DNA of 64,000 nucleotides, from the NCBI GenBank assembly GCA_949300615.1, contig CASGEW010000002.1:4562-68561 (forward strand), read 5' to 3'. This DNA is from an uncultured Bacteroidales bacterium. GTDB taxonomy: Bacteria; Bacteroidota; Bacteroidia; Bacteroidales; CHK158-818. Shown here one piece after another: positions 29,158-37,269 of the stretch (positions are counted from its first letter, which is position 1; each line of letters starts with the position of its first letter). The translations under genes were made by a program, and so were the position numbers. Under the pieces are notes generated by a model. The model worked only from the letters and a program-made list of their open reading frames with translations. It was not told the DNA's origin and did not search any database.

Positions 29158-30180
29158 TTACTCTCTTTCTGTCAGGGTCAACGTCAAACTATCGCCCAAA
29201 ATTAACGTTGCCTCCTGCCCTTTCCCCATCAAAGAGACGCCTCCCGCCTCATACCGGAAGCCCGATCCGGAGATTTGTTGAGGCAACTCGAACGTTTGGT
29301 CGTCATATTGCACGACAACCTTTTCGTCCCCCGGATAGAAGGTCGCTTCTACCTGATACAATCGGCGAGTTTTTCCATCTCCCCCCACATAAACCGCGTG
29401 TATGGGTTTGTCCTCCTGATACAGGAGCACCCCTCTACGGGAAACCGTCCACGAGCCATCGATTCGGCGTACATTGGGCGTATCGTCATCCAGTTGGTTC
29501 CAAGCAAATGTTCCGTCGGGCAATTCGCGCCTGTCCAATATCGGGTGTCCCTGCTCATTGGGTAAAAAGAGTTCGACCTGCAAAGAGTCGGGAGAAAAAA
29601 CAAGAAACGCCGAGAATACCGCCGAGGTCGTATCCTGAATAATGGGGTTCAACCGGATGCCTGAATCGAAAAGGCGGATACACTCTCCTTTGACATCCGA
29701 CCAAGTATAACCGGCAGCCTTGTTACAGCCATTTTCTCCTTCTGCTACTCCGACACTCTGAAATGCCGAAAATACCAGAACGGTATCGCCGGAAGGGCTG
29801 GACAATTCCAACTGCGAATCATAAATACGCGCCTGGGAAACGGTGGCCAGCGTATTCATAAACAAACTCTCAAACTCCATATCCGGGCAAAAGGCCATCG
29901 TCATACCACCCGGTTGTATCTGCAATTTCCCATCTTTGACCTGATACGTACCAAAAAATTGGTTACATCCGGCAAATCCTGATATACGGTTACTGTCCGA
30001 AAAGATCAACACAGGTTCCCGTTCGGGCATCTTGACAGAACTGCCTGCAACTTTCAATTCTATTACGTTCCACGAGCCCAACAGCTCTGAGCTATCCAAC
30101 TTTACACTTTTTCCTTTGCAGCCAAGGCTTACCGCCAGAATGGATACAAACATCCATACAACGATTTTTCTCATACACAA
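29158..30180 (-). CDS. Lipoprotein with N-terminal META (HslJ-like) domain and C-terminal MliC-like domain
   Basis: 340 aa. Lipobox (LGC). META-type GCNQFFGTYQV. C-terminal SGSGFRYEAGGVSLMGKGQEATL resembles the MliC lysozyme-inhibitor motif. The start may be the Met at 30174. Confidence 0.6.
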   Translation of the reverse strand: MCMRKIVVWMFVSILAVSLGCKGKSVKLDSSELLGSWNVIELKVAGSSVKMPEREPVLIFSDSNRISGFAGCNQFFGTYQVKDGKLQIQPGGMTMAFCPDMEFESLFMNTLATVSQARIYDSQLELSSPSGDTVLVFSAFQSVGVAEGENGCNKAAGYTWSDVKGECIRLFDSGIRLNPIIQDTTSAVFSAFLVFSPDSLQVELFLPNEQGHPILDRRELPDGTFAWNQLDDDTPNVRRIDGSWTVSRRGVLLYQEDKPIHAVYVGGDGKTRRLYQVEATFYPGDEKVVVQYDDQTFELPQQISGSGFRYEAGGVSLMGKGQEATLILGDSLTLTLTERE

Positions 30181-30244
30181 TTTTATTTTTAATTTCCCAT
30201 CTTTTAATCAGATGTTATTTTTAACTTATACGCTGCGTCGCCGT

Positions 30245-31951
30245 TCATCTATTTTTCAGCAACAGCATATTCAGATTGATCCATTTCCAAATAATTCCGG
30301 TTTCATCGGCCATCCCTTGCTGAAAATTTTGCCAGATATTTTTCAGCTCGGGAAAATTAAACCAATCGGAGACGGAACTGCGTTGTAAATCATCCACCGT
30401 ATTTTCTACCCATCCGGACAAATCCCCGACCAACCACTGCCTGGAAGTATTCGTTTTCTCCACACCGGTCGGCGCCAGCCGGATATTATCCGGAAGCAAC
30501 GAAGCGGCTACCTGGCGGGGAAGCCATTTGTCTGTACGATTGCGAACCTTCAATGTTTCAGGCAGGGCAAAAGCATACTCTACCAACCGATGGTCTAAAA
30601 AGGGCTTTCGCAATTCGGTGGAATAGGCCATACTGACCCGATCGTTAAACCTCAACCGTGCCGGCAAAGTAGTATAAAAAAGAGATACATACCGGTTATT
30701 GGCCTCCGGGGTAGAAAATGGCGCCGAATATTCGGGCGGACAAGAGAGGGATGCCAAATCAGGAGACAAGGTTGACAATACCCGGGCAAAAGAGCTGCCA
30801 CAAACAGACGAACGCAAATTGACCGACCAGACCTCGTCTAACCCATGCCCGTCGCAAAGGACAATGGAGCCCCGCTTGTGGGCGTGCCGGAACAACCGGG
30901 CATAGGCCAACGAAGAAAGTCCGTCGAAGGGTTCATCTTGCATCCGAATAATCCGCCGGGCCTCTTTCATGACCATTTTAAGCGACATCTCTACCGGCTC
31001 AAACCGATAATGGGTGTGAGCCAGCATTTCGTCTGCCCACAACACTTCGGTGTTTTGTTTCCGTCCCAAGTAAAACGAATAGGTATTTACCGGTATCCGT
31101 CTCCTGAGTTTATGCACCATCGCCAAAAGCAAGGAGGAATCAAAACCTCCGGAAAGATTGATGCCTACCGGAACATCGGCATCCAGATTATACCGAACAC
31201 TCTCTTCGAGCAACGCTACATACCGGTCTATCATTTCCCGTTCTGAGCCGGGAGGATCGTTTTTCTTGACCTCTTCTTCAAAGGCATACCACCGTTTGAC
31301 ATCGAGCGAATAGCCATCGAAATAGAGCGTATGTCCTGCCGGAAGCTGATAAATATTTTCCCAAAACGTCTCATACGGCATACCGTAAGAGGAATATACA
31401 AAATAGTTGGCCCACGCCACAGACGATGGACGGCGGTATATGCCTGCGGCAAACAACGCCTTGATCTCCGAAGCAAAATAGAGGTTGCCCCGTTGTATCG
31501 AGAAATAGAGCGGCTTGACTCCGAAACGGTCGCGCGCCAAAAAGAGGTAACGTCCGGAACGGTCGTATATGGCAAAGGCAAATATGCCGATCAGTTTGGA
31601 CAGGCACGAATAACCCCAACGGTGATAGGCCTTCAACAATACCTCGGCATGCCCTTCGGAGGTAAAGGTATAATACTTTTTAAGTTGAGTACGCAGGGCC
31701 TTGTAATTAAATATCTTTCCATCCAGCACAATGGTCAAACCAGTCTCTTTATCGGTAAAGGGTTGGTTGGAATCGTCAGACAGGTCGGTTATCTTCATCC
31801 GGTTATGGGCCAACCCGATCTGGGAGTCAACAAACATCTCGGACCACAGAAGTCTGGTATCGGTTCCCCTGTGTGCCTGCGCTTTGGCCATCCGGGATAA
31901 CACAAGATTCATCTCATTCACCTCTCCTACCACTCCTGCTATTCCACACAT
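30245..31951 (-). CDS. Glutamine-hydrolysing asparagine synthase family amidotransferase (AsnB-like)
   Basis: 568 aa. N-terminal nucleophile MCGIAG. GATase-II motifs (HRGTD, LAHNRMKITD, FAFAIYD, LARDRFGVKPLY). PP-loop SGGFDSS. Confidence 0.85.
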   Translation of the reverse strand: MCGIAGVVGEVNEMNLVLSRMAKAQAHRGTDTRLLWSEMFVDSQIGLAHNRMKITDLSDDSNQPFTDKETGLTIVLDGKIFNYKALRTQLKKYYTFTSEGHAEVLLKAYHRWGYSCLSKLIGIFAFAIYDRSGRYLFLARDRFGVKPLYFSIQRGNLYFASEIKALFAAGIYRRPSSVAWANYFVYSSYGMPYETFWENIYQLPAGHTLYFDGYSLDVKRWYAFEEEVKKNDPPGSEREMIDRYVALLEESVRYNLDADVPVGINLSGGFDSSLLLAMVHKLRRRIPVNTYSFYLGRKQNTEVLWADEMLAHTHYRFEPVEMSLKMVMKEARRIIRMQDEPFDGLSSLAYARLFRHAHKRGSIVLCDGHGLDEVWSVNLRSSVCGSSFARVLSTLSPDLASLSCPPEYSAPFSTPEANNRYVSLFYTTLPARLRFNDRVSMAYSTELRKPFLDHRLVEYAFALPETLKVRNRTDKWLPRQVAASLLPDNIRLAPTGVEKTNTSRQWLVGDLSGWVENTVDDLQRSSVSDWFNFPELKNIWQNFQQGMADETGIIWKWINLNMLLLKNR

Positions 31952-31957
31952 AATGAT

Positions 31958-32686
31958 TTATTTTGAATAAATACGATATATCTTCATGCGACGATTCACC
32001 GCCTCTATGCGTTCACCGACATCCAACAAAACGTCGGAAACCGTTTCGGGCAGGATTTTCAACCTGCCGGATACCACCTGCCGGGTAAACAGGCCGATGC
32101 CCTCTTTCTGATATACCATGAAATGAATGTGATAGGGATATTGTTTTATCCGGAACATGGCCGACCGATACAACAGCAACCGGGATAGCTCCCCGACAGA
32201 AAAGAGGGTATCCCGCCCGAACCAATCGTACGAGCTGGCCGACATATCGCCATCGCCGTACAAAAAGGTTATCCGGTGCAGACAAACGGCATACGCGGGA
32301 TGCGTCTGTAAAAAATCGTACTGTTCCTGCAACTTCCCGGTATCGGGCCATAGCTCCTTATCGCTGCACAAAACGACATAGGGAGAGGAAACCGTTACGT
32401 CATACGGGAAAAACGGCACATATCCTACCCGGCGGGGAAACGGATAAAATGAAACTTTTTCAGGGTAGATGGCGGCATACTCCCGCCCGATGTCTTCTAC
32501 GGCTTCTGCGGTCAGGAAATCGCCCAAAAGGATAACATCAAACGGGAAATCGGTCTGCTGCGATAAAATACTGACCAGGCTACGTTCTAAAAAAACCGGA
32601 TCATTCTGCCGGATATACACAATGACCGATACTGCCGGGGATTGACTGGCAGTTAAAATCGTTTGTGCTGGGGATAGGTCAATCAT
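31958..32686 (-). CDS. Divergent glycosyltransferase family 2-like protein
   Basis: 242 aa. GT2-like N-terminus (VSVIVYIRQNDPVFLERSLVSILSQQ) but non-canonical acidic motifs (LLGDF instead of VDDGS, CSDKELW instead of DxDD). Ends 6 nt before the AsnB-like start. Confidence 0.45.
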   Translation of the reverse strand: MIDLSPAQTILTASQSPAVSVIVYIRQNDPVFLERSLVSILSQQTDFPFDVILLGDFLTAEAVEDIGREYAAIYPEKVSFYPFPRRVGYVPFFPYDVTVSSPYVVLCSDKELWPDTGKLQEQYDFLQTHPAYAVCLHRITFLYGDGDMSASSYDWFGRDTLFSVGELSRLLLYRSAMFRIKQYPYHIHFMVYQKEGIGLFTRQVVSGRLKILPETVSDVLLDVGERIEAVNRRMKIYRIYSK

Positions 32687-32993
32687 CGGCCTTTTTTTTT
32701 ATAAAGTTCTGCTTCTCTCCGGCCGGACCTGCCTTTATTTGAAAAACGGCAGGCAGGGAAGGGAAGATGATGTTATATGTCTCTATGATACCAAACAGAT
32801 CGCCAAAAGTCTCTGCACGCTGCAAATCGGAGCCATTCAGTTGTACGTCGTACTCTTCTTTTATACTGGTCAACAGCGATGATGCAAACCAGAGATTCCA
32901 CTCTTCCAGCTCCTTGAACCGTGTAGAAGAGGTTATCTTGTTTCGGGGTGTCTTATAGAGCAAGACACCTACCCGTTCTATCCATGTTTTCAT
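32679..32993 (-). CDS. Small hypothetical protein, acyl-carrier-protein-like by eye
   Basis: 104 aa. The segment FKELEEWNLWFASSLLTSIKEEYDVQLNGSDL aligns by eye with the ACP helix II region, but the DSL serine position is not conserved. Overlaps the next gene by 8 nt. Confidence 0.3.
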   Translation of the reverse strand: MKTWIERVGVLLYKTPRNKITSSTRFKELEEWNLWFASSLLTSIKEEYDVQLNGSDLQRAETFGDLFGIIETYNIIFPSLPAVFQIKAGPAGEKQNFIKKKADD

Positions 32994-33070
32994 ACCGGAA
33001 ACCTTTTACTGCTATGTAAACGTGATTCCCGAAAGGATTGTTCATGAAGTAGCCCCAATTTAACGAGACA

Positions 33071-33104
33071 CAAAAAAAGCCCTGCCGAAAAGAACGACAG
33101 GGCT
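33071..33104 (-). terminator. Rho-independent terminator after ilvC
   Basis: Minus-strand AGCCCTG..CAGGGCT hairpin followed by TTTTTTTG. Confidence 0.7.
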
Positions 33105-33147
33105 AAAAAATAATATGAAAAAACAGATAATTTGTTCTTACAACAGA

Positions 33148-34194
33148 TTAATTGTTTTCGGGACGAAGTTTGCGGACAACGGCTCCGGCACGCCACATTT
33201 CGCTTTCACGCAAAGCGGCCAACTCTTTTTCCAATCCTTCGCGGTAATTGGGTTTACTGTTGGTGTCGATAGAGCGTTGTGCTTCGTTACCGCAAGCTAC
33301 TTCGTTGTACAATTTTTCAAATACGGGTTTGGTGGCATCGTGGAAGGGGCCCATCCAATCCAACGCTCCGCGTTGTGCGGTGGTAGAACAGTTGGCATAC
33401 ATCCAGTCCATCCCTTTTTCTGCGAAGAGCGGCATCAACGACTGCGTCAGCTCTTCAACGGTTTCATTAAAGGCTTCCGAGGGGGTATGTCCATGTTCGC
33501 GCAACGTTTCGTATTGGGCCAGCAACAACCCTTGTATAGCACCCATCAACGTACCGCGTTCGCCGGTCAGGTCTGAATAAACTTCTCTTTTAAAGGTAGT
33601 TTCAAACAGGTATCCTGAGCCTACGCCGATACCCAGTGCGATAACGCGGTCTTTGGCGCGTCCGGTAGCATCCTGGAAAATAGCATAGCTGGAATTCAAG
33701 CCACGTCCTTGCAGGAACATACGACGGAGCGATGTACCCGATCCCTTGGGAGCCACCATGATAACATCGATGTCTGCCGGAGGAATGATACCGGTACGTT
33801 CTTTATAGGTGATACCGAAACCGTGTGAAAAGTAAAGGGCCTTACCCGGTGTCAGGTATTGTTTGATGCGGGGCCAAACTTCGATTTGAGCTGCATCGGA
33901 GAGCAGGTATTGGATAATGGTACCTCGTTGGCAAGCCTCTTCTATTTCAAAAAGCGTTTCGCCCGGAACCCATCCGTCGGCAACGGCCTTGTCCCACGTT
34001 TTTCCGCCCTTGCGTTGGCCTACGATGACGTTGAAACCGTTGTCTCTCAGGTTGAGGCTCTGGCCAGGTCCTTGCACGCCATAACCAATGACGGCTATCG
34101 TTTCGTTTTTCAGTACTTCTCTTGCTTTTTCCAACGGAAATTCTTCGAGGGTTACGACATTTTCGTCCACTCCGCCAAAATTAATTATTGCCAT
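33148..34194 (-). CDS. ilvC: Ketol-acid reductoisomerase
   Basis: 348 aa. IAVIGYGVQGPGQSLNLRDNG NADPH motif. Class I KARI length. Confidence 0.93.
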   Translation of the reverse strand: MAIINFGGVDENVVTLEEFPLEKAREVLKNETIAVIGYGVQGPGQSLNLRDNGFNVIVGQRKGGKTWDKAVADGWVPGETLFEIEEACQRGTIIQYLLSDAAQIEVWPRIKQYLTPGKALYFSHGFGITYKERTGIIPPADIDVIMVAPKGSGTSLRRMFLQGRGLNSSYAIFQDATGRAKDRVIALGIGVGSGYLFETTFKREVYSDLTGERGTLMGAIQGLLLAQYETLREHGHTPSEAFNETVEELTQSLMPLFAEKGMDWMYANCSTTAQRGALDWMGPFHDATKPVFEKLYNEVACGNEAQRSIDTNSKPNYREGLEKELAALRESEMWRAGAVVRKLRPENN

Positions 34195-34202
34195 TTTCTT
34201 TT

Positions 34203-34967
34203 TTATTGTTGGTTAAACATTGATTCTTTCTCTTTTCGAGGTGCAAAGATAACTTTTCCTCTGCACATAGTCTCATTTTCTTCATTTTTTATCGCCAAAA
34301 AATATTCATTTTGTAATTTTTTAGCGTTAAATAGTTTTAGATTCATACCGTAACGCGCTTCATTGATATAATTTATTTCAAACCGGGCAATCCGATCCGT
34401 ATCGTATGTTTGCAGCGGAAATACATCCTGCATATATTCGATGTATTTTACACTGTTTACATGGCGGTTTAAATCTATATCGCTGTACCGTACCGGTCGA
34501 ACGGCAACCTCCCCTTCGGAAAAATCGCGTATTTTGGCCAGCGGCGACATCGGGCAGGCTTTATCGGCAACGAAACGGTTCATATCGCAGAACTCTCCCA
34601 GATCGACAGAGTGCCGGGTTTCCACATCTATGACCGACCAAATGGTGCGGGCATATCCCAGAACGGAGCCAGACAAATCGGTAAAGCAGAAATTACGGGC
34701 AGAAAAATGGGGGTTGTACCCTTCGACCCACGTCTCGATGACAAGGGTATCGCCTATGACCGGGAAGCGATCCATCTCCACTCCCAGGCGGGCCAATACC
34801 CATACACGGTTCTCCTGGATGAGGGTACTGTATCCTACTCCCCACGATTCGGCGTGCGAGGTAGCGGCATCGAGCATCCACTTAACCAGTTGCGACAAGG
34901 AGAGCTCTCCCTGGGCATTTCCCTGGGAGGCCTGGATATAATAGGTGAAACGAGCGGTCTTTTCCAT
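34203..34967 (-). CDS. Acyl-ACP thioesterase family protein
   Basis: 254 aa double hot-dog-type sequence (RYSDIDLNRHVNSVKYIEY). Embedded between ilvN and ilvC. Confidence 0.72.
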   Translation of the reverse strand: MEKTARFTYYIQASQGNAQGELSLSQLVKWMLDAATSHAESWGVGYSTLIQENRVWVLARLGVEMDRFPVIGDTLVIETWVEGYNPHFSARNFCFTDLSGSVLGYARTIWSVIDVETRHSVDLGEFCDMNRFVADKACPMSPLAKIRDFSEGEVAVRPVRYSDIDLNRHVNSVKYIEYMQDVFPLQTYDTDRIARFEINYINEARYGMNLKLFNAKKLQNEYFLAIKNEENETMCRGKVIFAPRKEKESMFNQQ

Positions 34968-34979
34968 GATTTCGGAGGT

Positions 34980-35528
34980 TCAATCGTCGATACTCAAACG
35001 ACGGTCTTCCTGCTGTTGCAGGAAGATGCTGACATGCTCTACGGGCGATTTGGTGATGGCCACCCGTCCGGAACGAACAAATTGGCGGACCTCTATTTTA
35101 CTCAGCTCTTCAAACAGGCGCTGCGTCTCGTCGGAGTGTCCCGACTTTTCGATCACCGTAAAATCGGGATTGACTTCCAAAATACGGGCACTGTGCGAAC
35201 GGACAATCTCTTCAATGCGGTTGTCCTCCATCAATTTTTTGGTCGGCACCTTGTAAAGCGCCACCTCCTGGTATATGATCTCATCGTCCAAATAATAGAA
35301 CGACCGCAGGACATCTACTTTTTTCTCGATCTGCTTGACCAGTTTGCTGACCGTCTCTTCGTCGCTGTACGTGGTGATGGTAAACTTGTGTACCCCTTCG
35401 ATGGCCGAGGCCGACACCGACAAACTTTCGATGTTGAGCCGGCGGCGGGTAAAAATGGTAGCAATCTGGTTCAACAACCCTACCTGGTTTTCCGAATAGG
35501 CCGTAACCGTATATAATTTTTTATCCAT
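34980..35528 (-). CDS. ilvN: Acetolactate synthase small (regulatory) subunit
   Basis: 182 aa. ACT domain start (YTVTAYSENQVGLLNQIATIFTRRRLNIESL). Follows ilvB. Confidence 0.88.
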   Translation of the reverse strand: MDKKLYTVTAYSENQVGLLNQIATIFTRRRLNIESLSVSASAIEGVHKFTITTYSDEETVSKLVKQIEKKVDVLRSFYYLDDEIIYQEVALYKVPTKKLMEDNRIEEIVRSHSARILEVNPDFTVIEKSGHSDETQRLFEELSKIEVRQFVRSGRVAITKSPVEHVSIFLQQQEDRRLSIDD

Positions 35529-35536
35529 AATGCTGT

Positions 35537-37246
35537 TTAATATTTTTCAGAAGGATTCAACATAATGTCCGATACGCACCCGCCTGCGGGAACCATCGGG
35601 AATACCAGCCCGGACTCTTCTACGCAAACATCCAACAAGAAGGAGGCATCGTCCGAGAACATTTCGGCGATGGCGGCATCCAGCTCTTCGCGTTTCTCTA
35701 CCCGACGGCTTTTGATGCCATAGGCAGATGCCAACACGACAAAATCGGGGTTGACCATGGAGGTTTCAGAATAACGCTGGTGGAAGAACAGTTGTTGCCA
35801 CTGGCGGACCATCCCCAGGTAGTTGTTGTTCAGCAAAATAATCTTTACACCCACACCGGTTTCCAAAATCGTACCCAGCTCCTGTATCGTCATTTGCAAC
35901 CCTCCGTCGCCGCAAAACAGACAGACGGTTCGCTCCGGAGCGGCAAACTTGGCACCAATGGCAGCGGGCAGGCCGAATCCCATGGTACCCAATCCGCCCG
36001 AGGTTACGATGCTGCGCGTTTGGGTAAATTTGAAATAACGGGCCCCGAACATCTGGTTCTGCCCCACATCGGTTACCAGGATGGCTTTGTTACCGGATGC
36101 TTCCGATACACGCCGAACCACCTCGCCCATTTTCAACAAACCGCTTTGAGGGGCTATCTCGGGAATAATCACCTTTTCGAGTTCGGTTTGTTCGCACGGG
36201 GTAAAGGAGTCTATCCAGGCTTGGTGGTTATTGGGTTCTACTTTGTCGAGCAACGCCGTCAAAGATTGCTTGGCATCGCCCAGTACGGTTACATCCACCT
36301 TGACATTCTTGTTGAACTCGGAAGCGTCTATGTCGAGATGGATAATCTTGGCCTGCTTGGCATAGGAATTCAAATCGCCCGTAACCCGGTCGTCGAAACG
36401 CATCCCAACGGCAATCAATACGTCGCACTCGTTGGTCTTGATGTTGGGTCCGATGTTACCGTGCATCCCCAACATCCCCTTATACAGAGGATAATCGGAA
36501 GGAAGAGCTGACAAACCGAGCAAAGTGGCAGCCATGGGGATACCGGTTTTTTCGGCTACGGCCATCGCCTCTTTTTCGGCATTGCCCAATACGACGCCCT
36601 GGCCGATAAGCATCAACGGTTTTTTTGCCTGGTTGATAAGCTCGGCAGCCTTGTCTATCTGGCTCTCTTCTATTTTGGGTACAGGGGTATAGCTGCGGAT
36701 ATAGTTGCATTTTTTATACGCAAACTCGGTCAATCCCACCTGGGCATCCTTGGTCAGGTCGAGCACTACCGGACCGGGACGGCCCGTACGGGCAATGTAA
36801 AAGGCCCGGGCAACGGCTCCGGCTATCTCTTCGGGACGGCGAATCTGGTAAGCCCACTTGGTGATAGGCAACGTAATCCCCATCACATCGGTCTCTTGAA
36901 AGGCATCCGTCCCCAGCATGGGTGAAGGGACTTGCCCGGTAATGACCACAATGGGGGTACTGTCCATCATGGCATCGGCCAATCCGGTTACGGCATTGGT
37001 GGCCGCCGGACCGGAGGTAAACAGGGCTACTCCCACTTTCCCGGATACACGGGCATATCCCTGTGCGGCGTGTGTAGCTCCTTGTTCGTGGCGAACCAAA
37101 ATATGATGCAACCTATCTTTGTAATCATACAAGCGATCGAACACCGGGATGATCTGTCCCCCCGGATATCCGAATATCGTGGTTACGCCCTCCTCCAACA
37201 GGGAGAGGATCAATGCGTCCGAACCACTGATTTTCTGTTTCGACAT
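35537..37246 (-). CDS. ilvB: Acetolactate synthase large (catalytic) subunit
   Basis: 569 aa ThDP enzyme (GYPGGQIIPVFD, GGLGTMGFGLPAAIGA, GDGGLQMTIQEL). Confidence 0.92.
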   Translation of the reverse strand: MSKQKISGSDALILSLLEEGVTTIFGYPGGQIIPVFDRLYDYKDRLHHILVRHEQGATHAAQGYARVSGKVGVALFTSGPAATNAVTGLADAMMDSTPIVVITGQVPSPMLGTDAFQETDVMGITLPITKWAYQIRRPEEIAGAVARAFYIARTGRPGPVVLDLTKDAQVGLTEFAYKKCNYIRSYTPVPKIEESQIDKAAELINQAKKPLMLIGQGVVLGNAEKEAMAVAEKTGIPMAATLLGLSALPSDYPLYKGMLGMHGNIGPNIKTNECDVLIAVGMRFDDRVTGDLNSYAKQAKIIHLDIDASEFNKNVKVDVTVLGDAKQSLTALLDKVEPNNHQAWIDSFTPCEQTELEKVIIPEIAPQSGLLKMGEVVRRVSEASGNKAILVTDVGQNQMFGARYFKFTQTRSIVTSGGLGTMGFGLPAAIGAKFAAPERTVCLFCGDGGLQMTIQELGTILETGVGVKIILLNNNYLGMVRQWQQLFFHQRYSETSMVNPDFVVLASAYGIKSRRVEKREELDAAIAEMFSDDASFLLDVCVEESGLVFPMVPAGGCVSDIMLNPSEKY

Positions 37247-37269
37247 ATTCTCTTTTCCTTTCTTTTTAA

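Noticed and set aside
30245-32993. Possible lasso-peptide cluster: an Asn-synthetase-like cyclase plus a small PqqD/RRE-like protein
   Set aside because: The AsnB-like protein keeps the N-terminal glutaminase nucleophile (MCGIAG), which lasso cyclases lack. There is no transglutaminase-like leader protease and no ABC exporter. I found no plausible short precursor ORF. The 104 aa protein fits an ACP-like pattern better than PqqD.
34611-35516. Long antisense or out-of-frame ORFs inside well-supported genes. Examples: 34611-35516, 35780-36511, 38422-39090, 40379-41110, 8636-9523, 9587-10315, 15473-16183, 50556-51221 and 53544-54497
   Set aside because: Each lies entirely within a confidently identified gene on the opposite strand or in another frame. 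Each has an Arg/Gly/Val/His-biased composition typical of shadow ORFs in roughly 50 percent GC DNA, and none has a recognisable motif.
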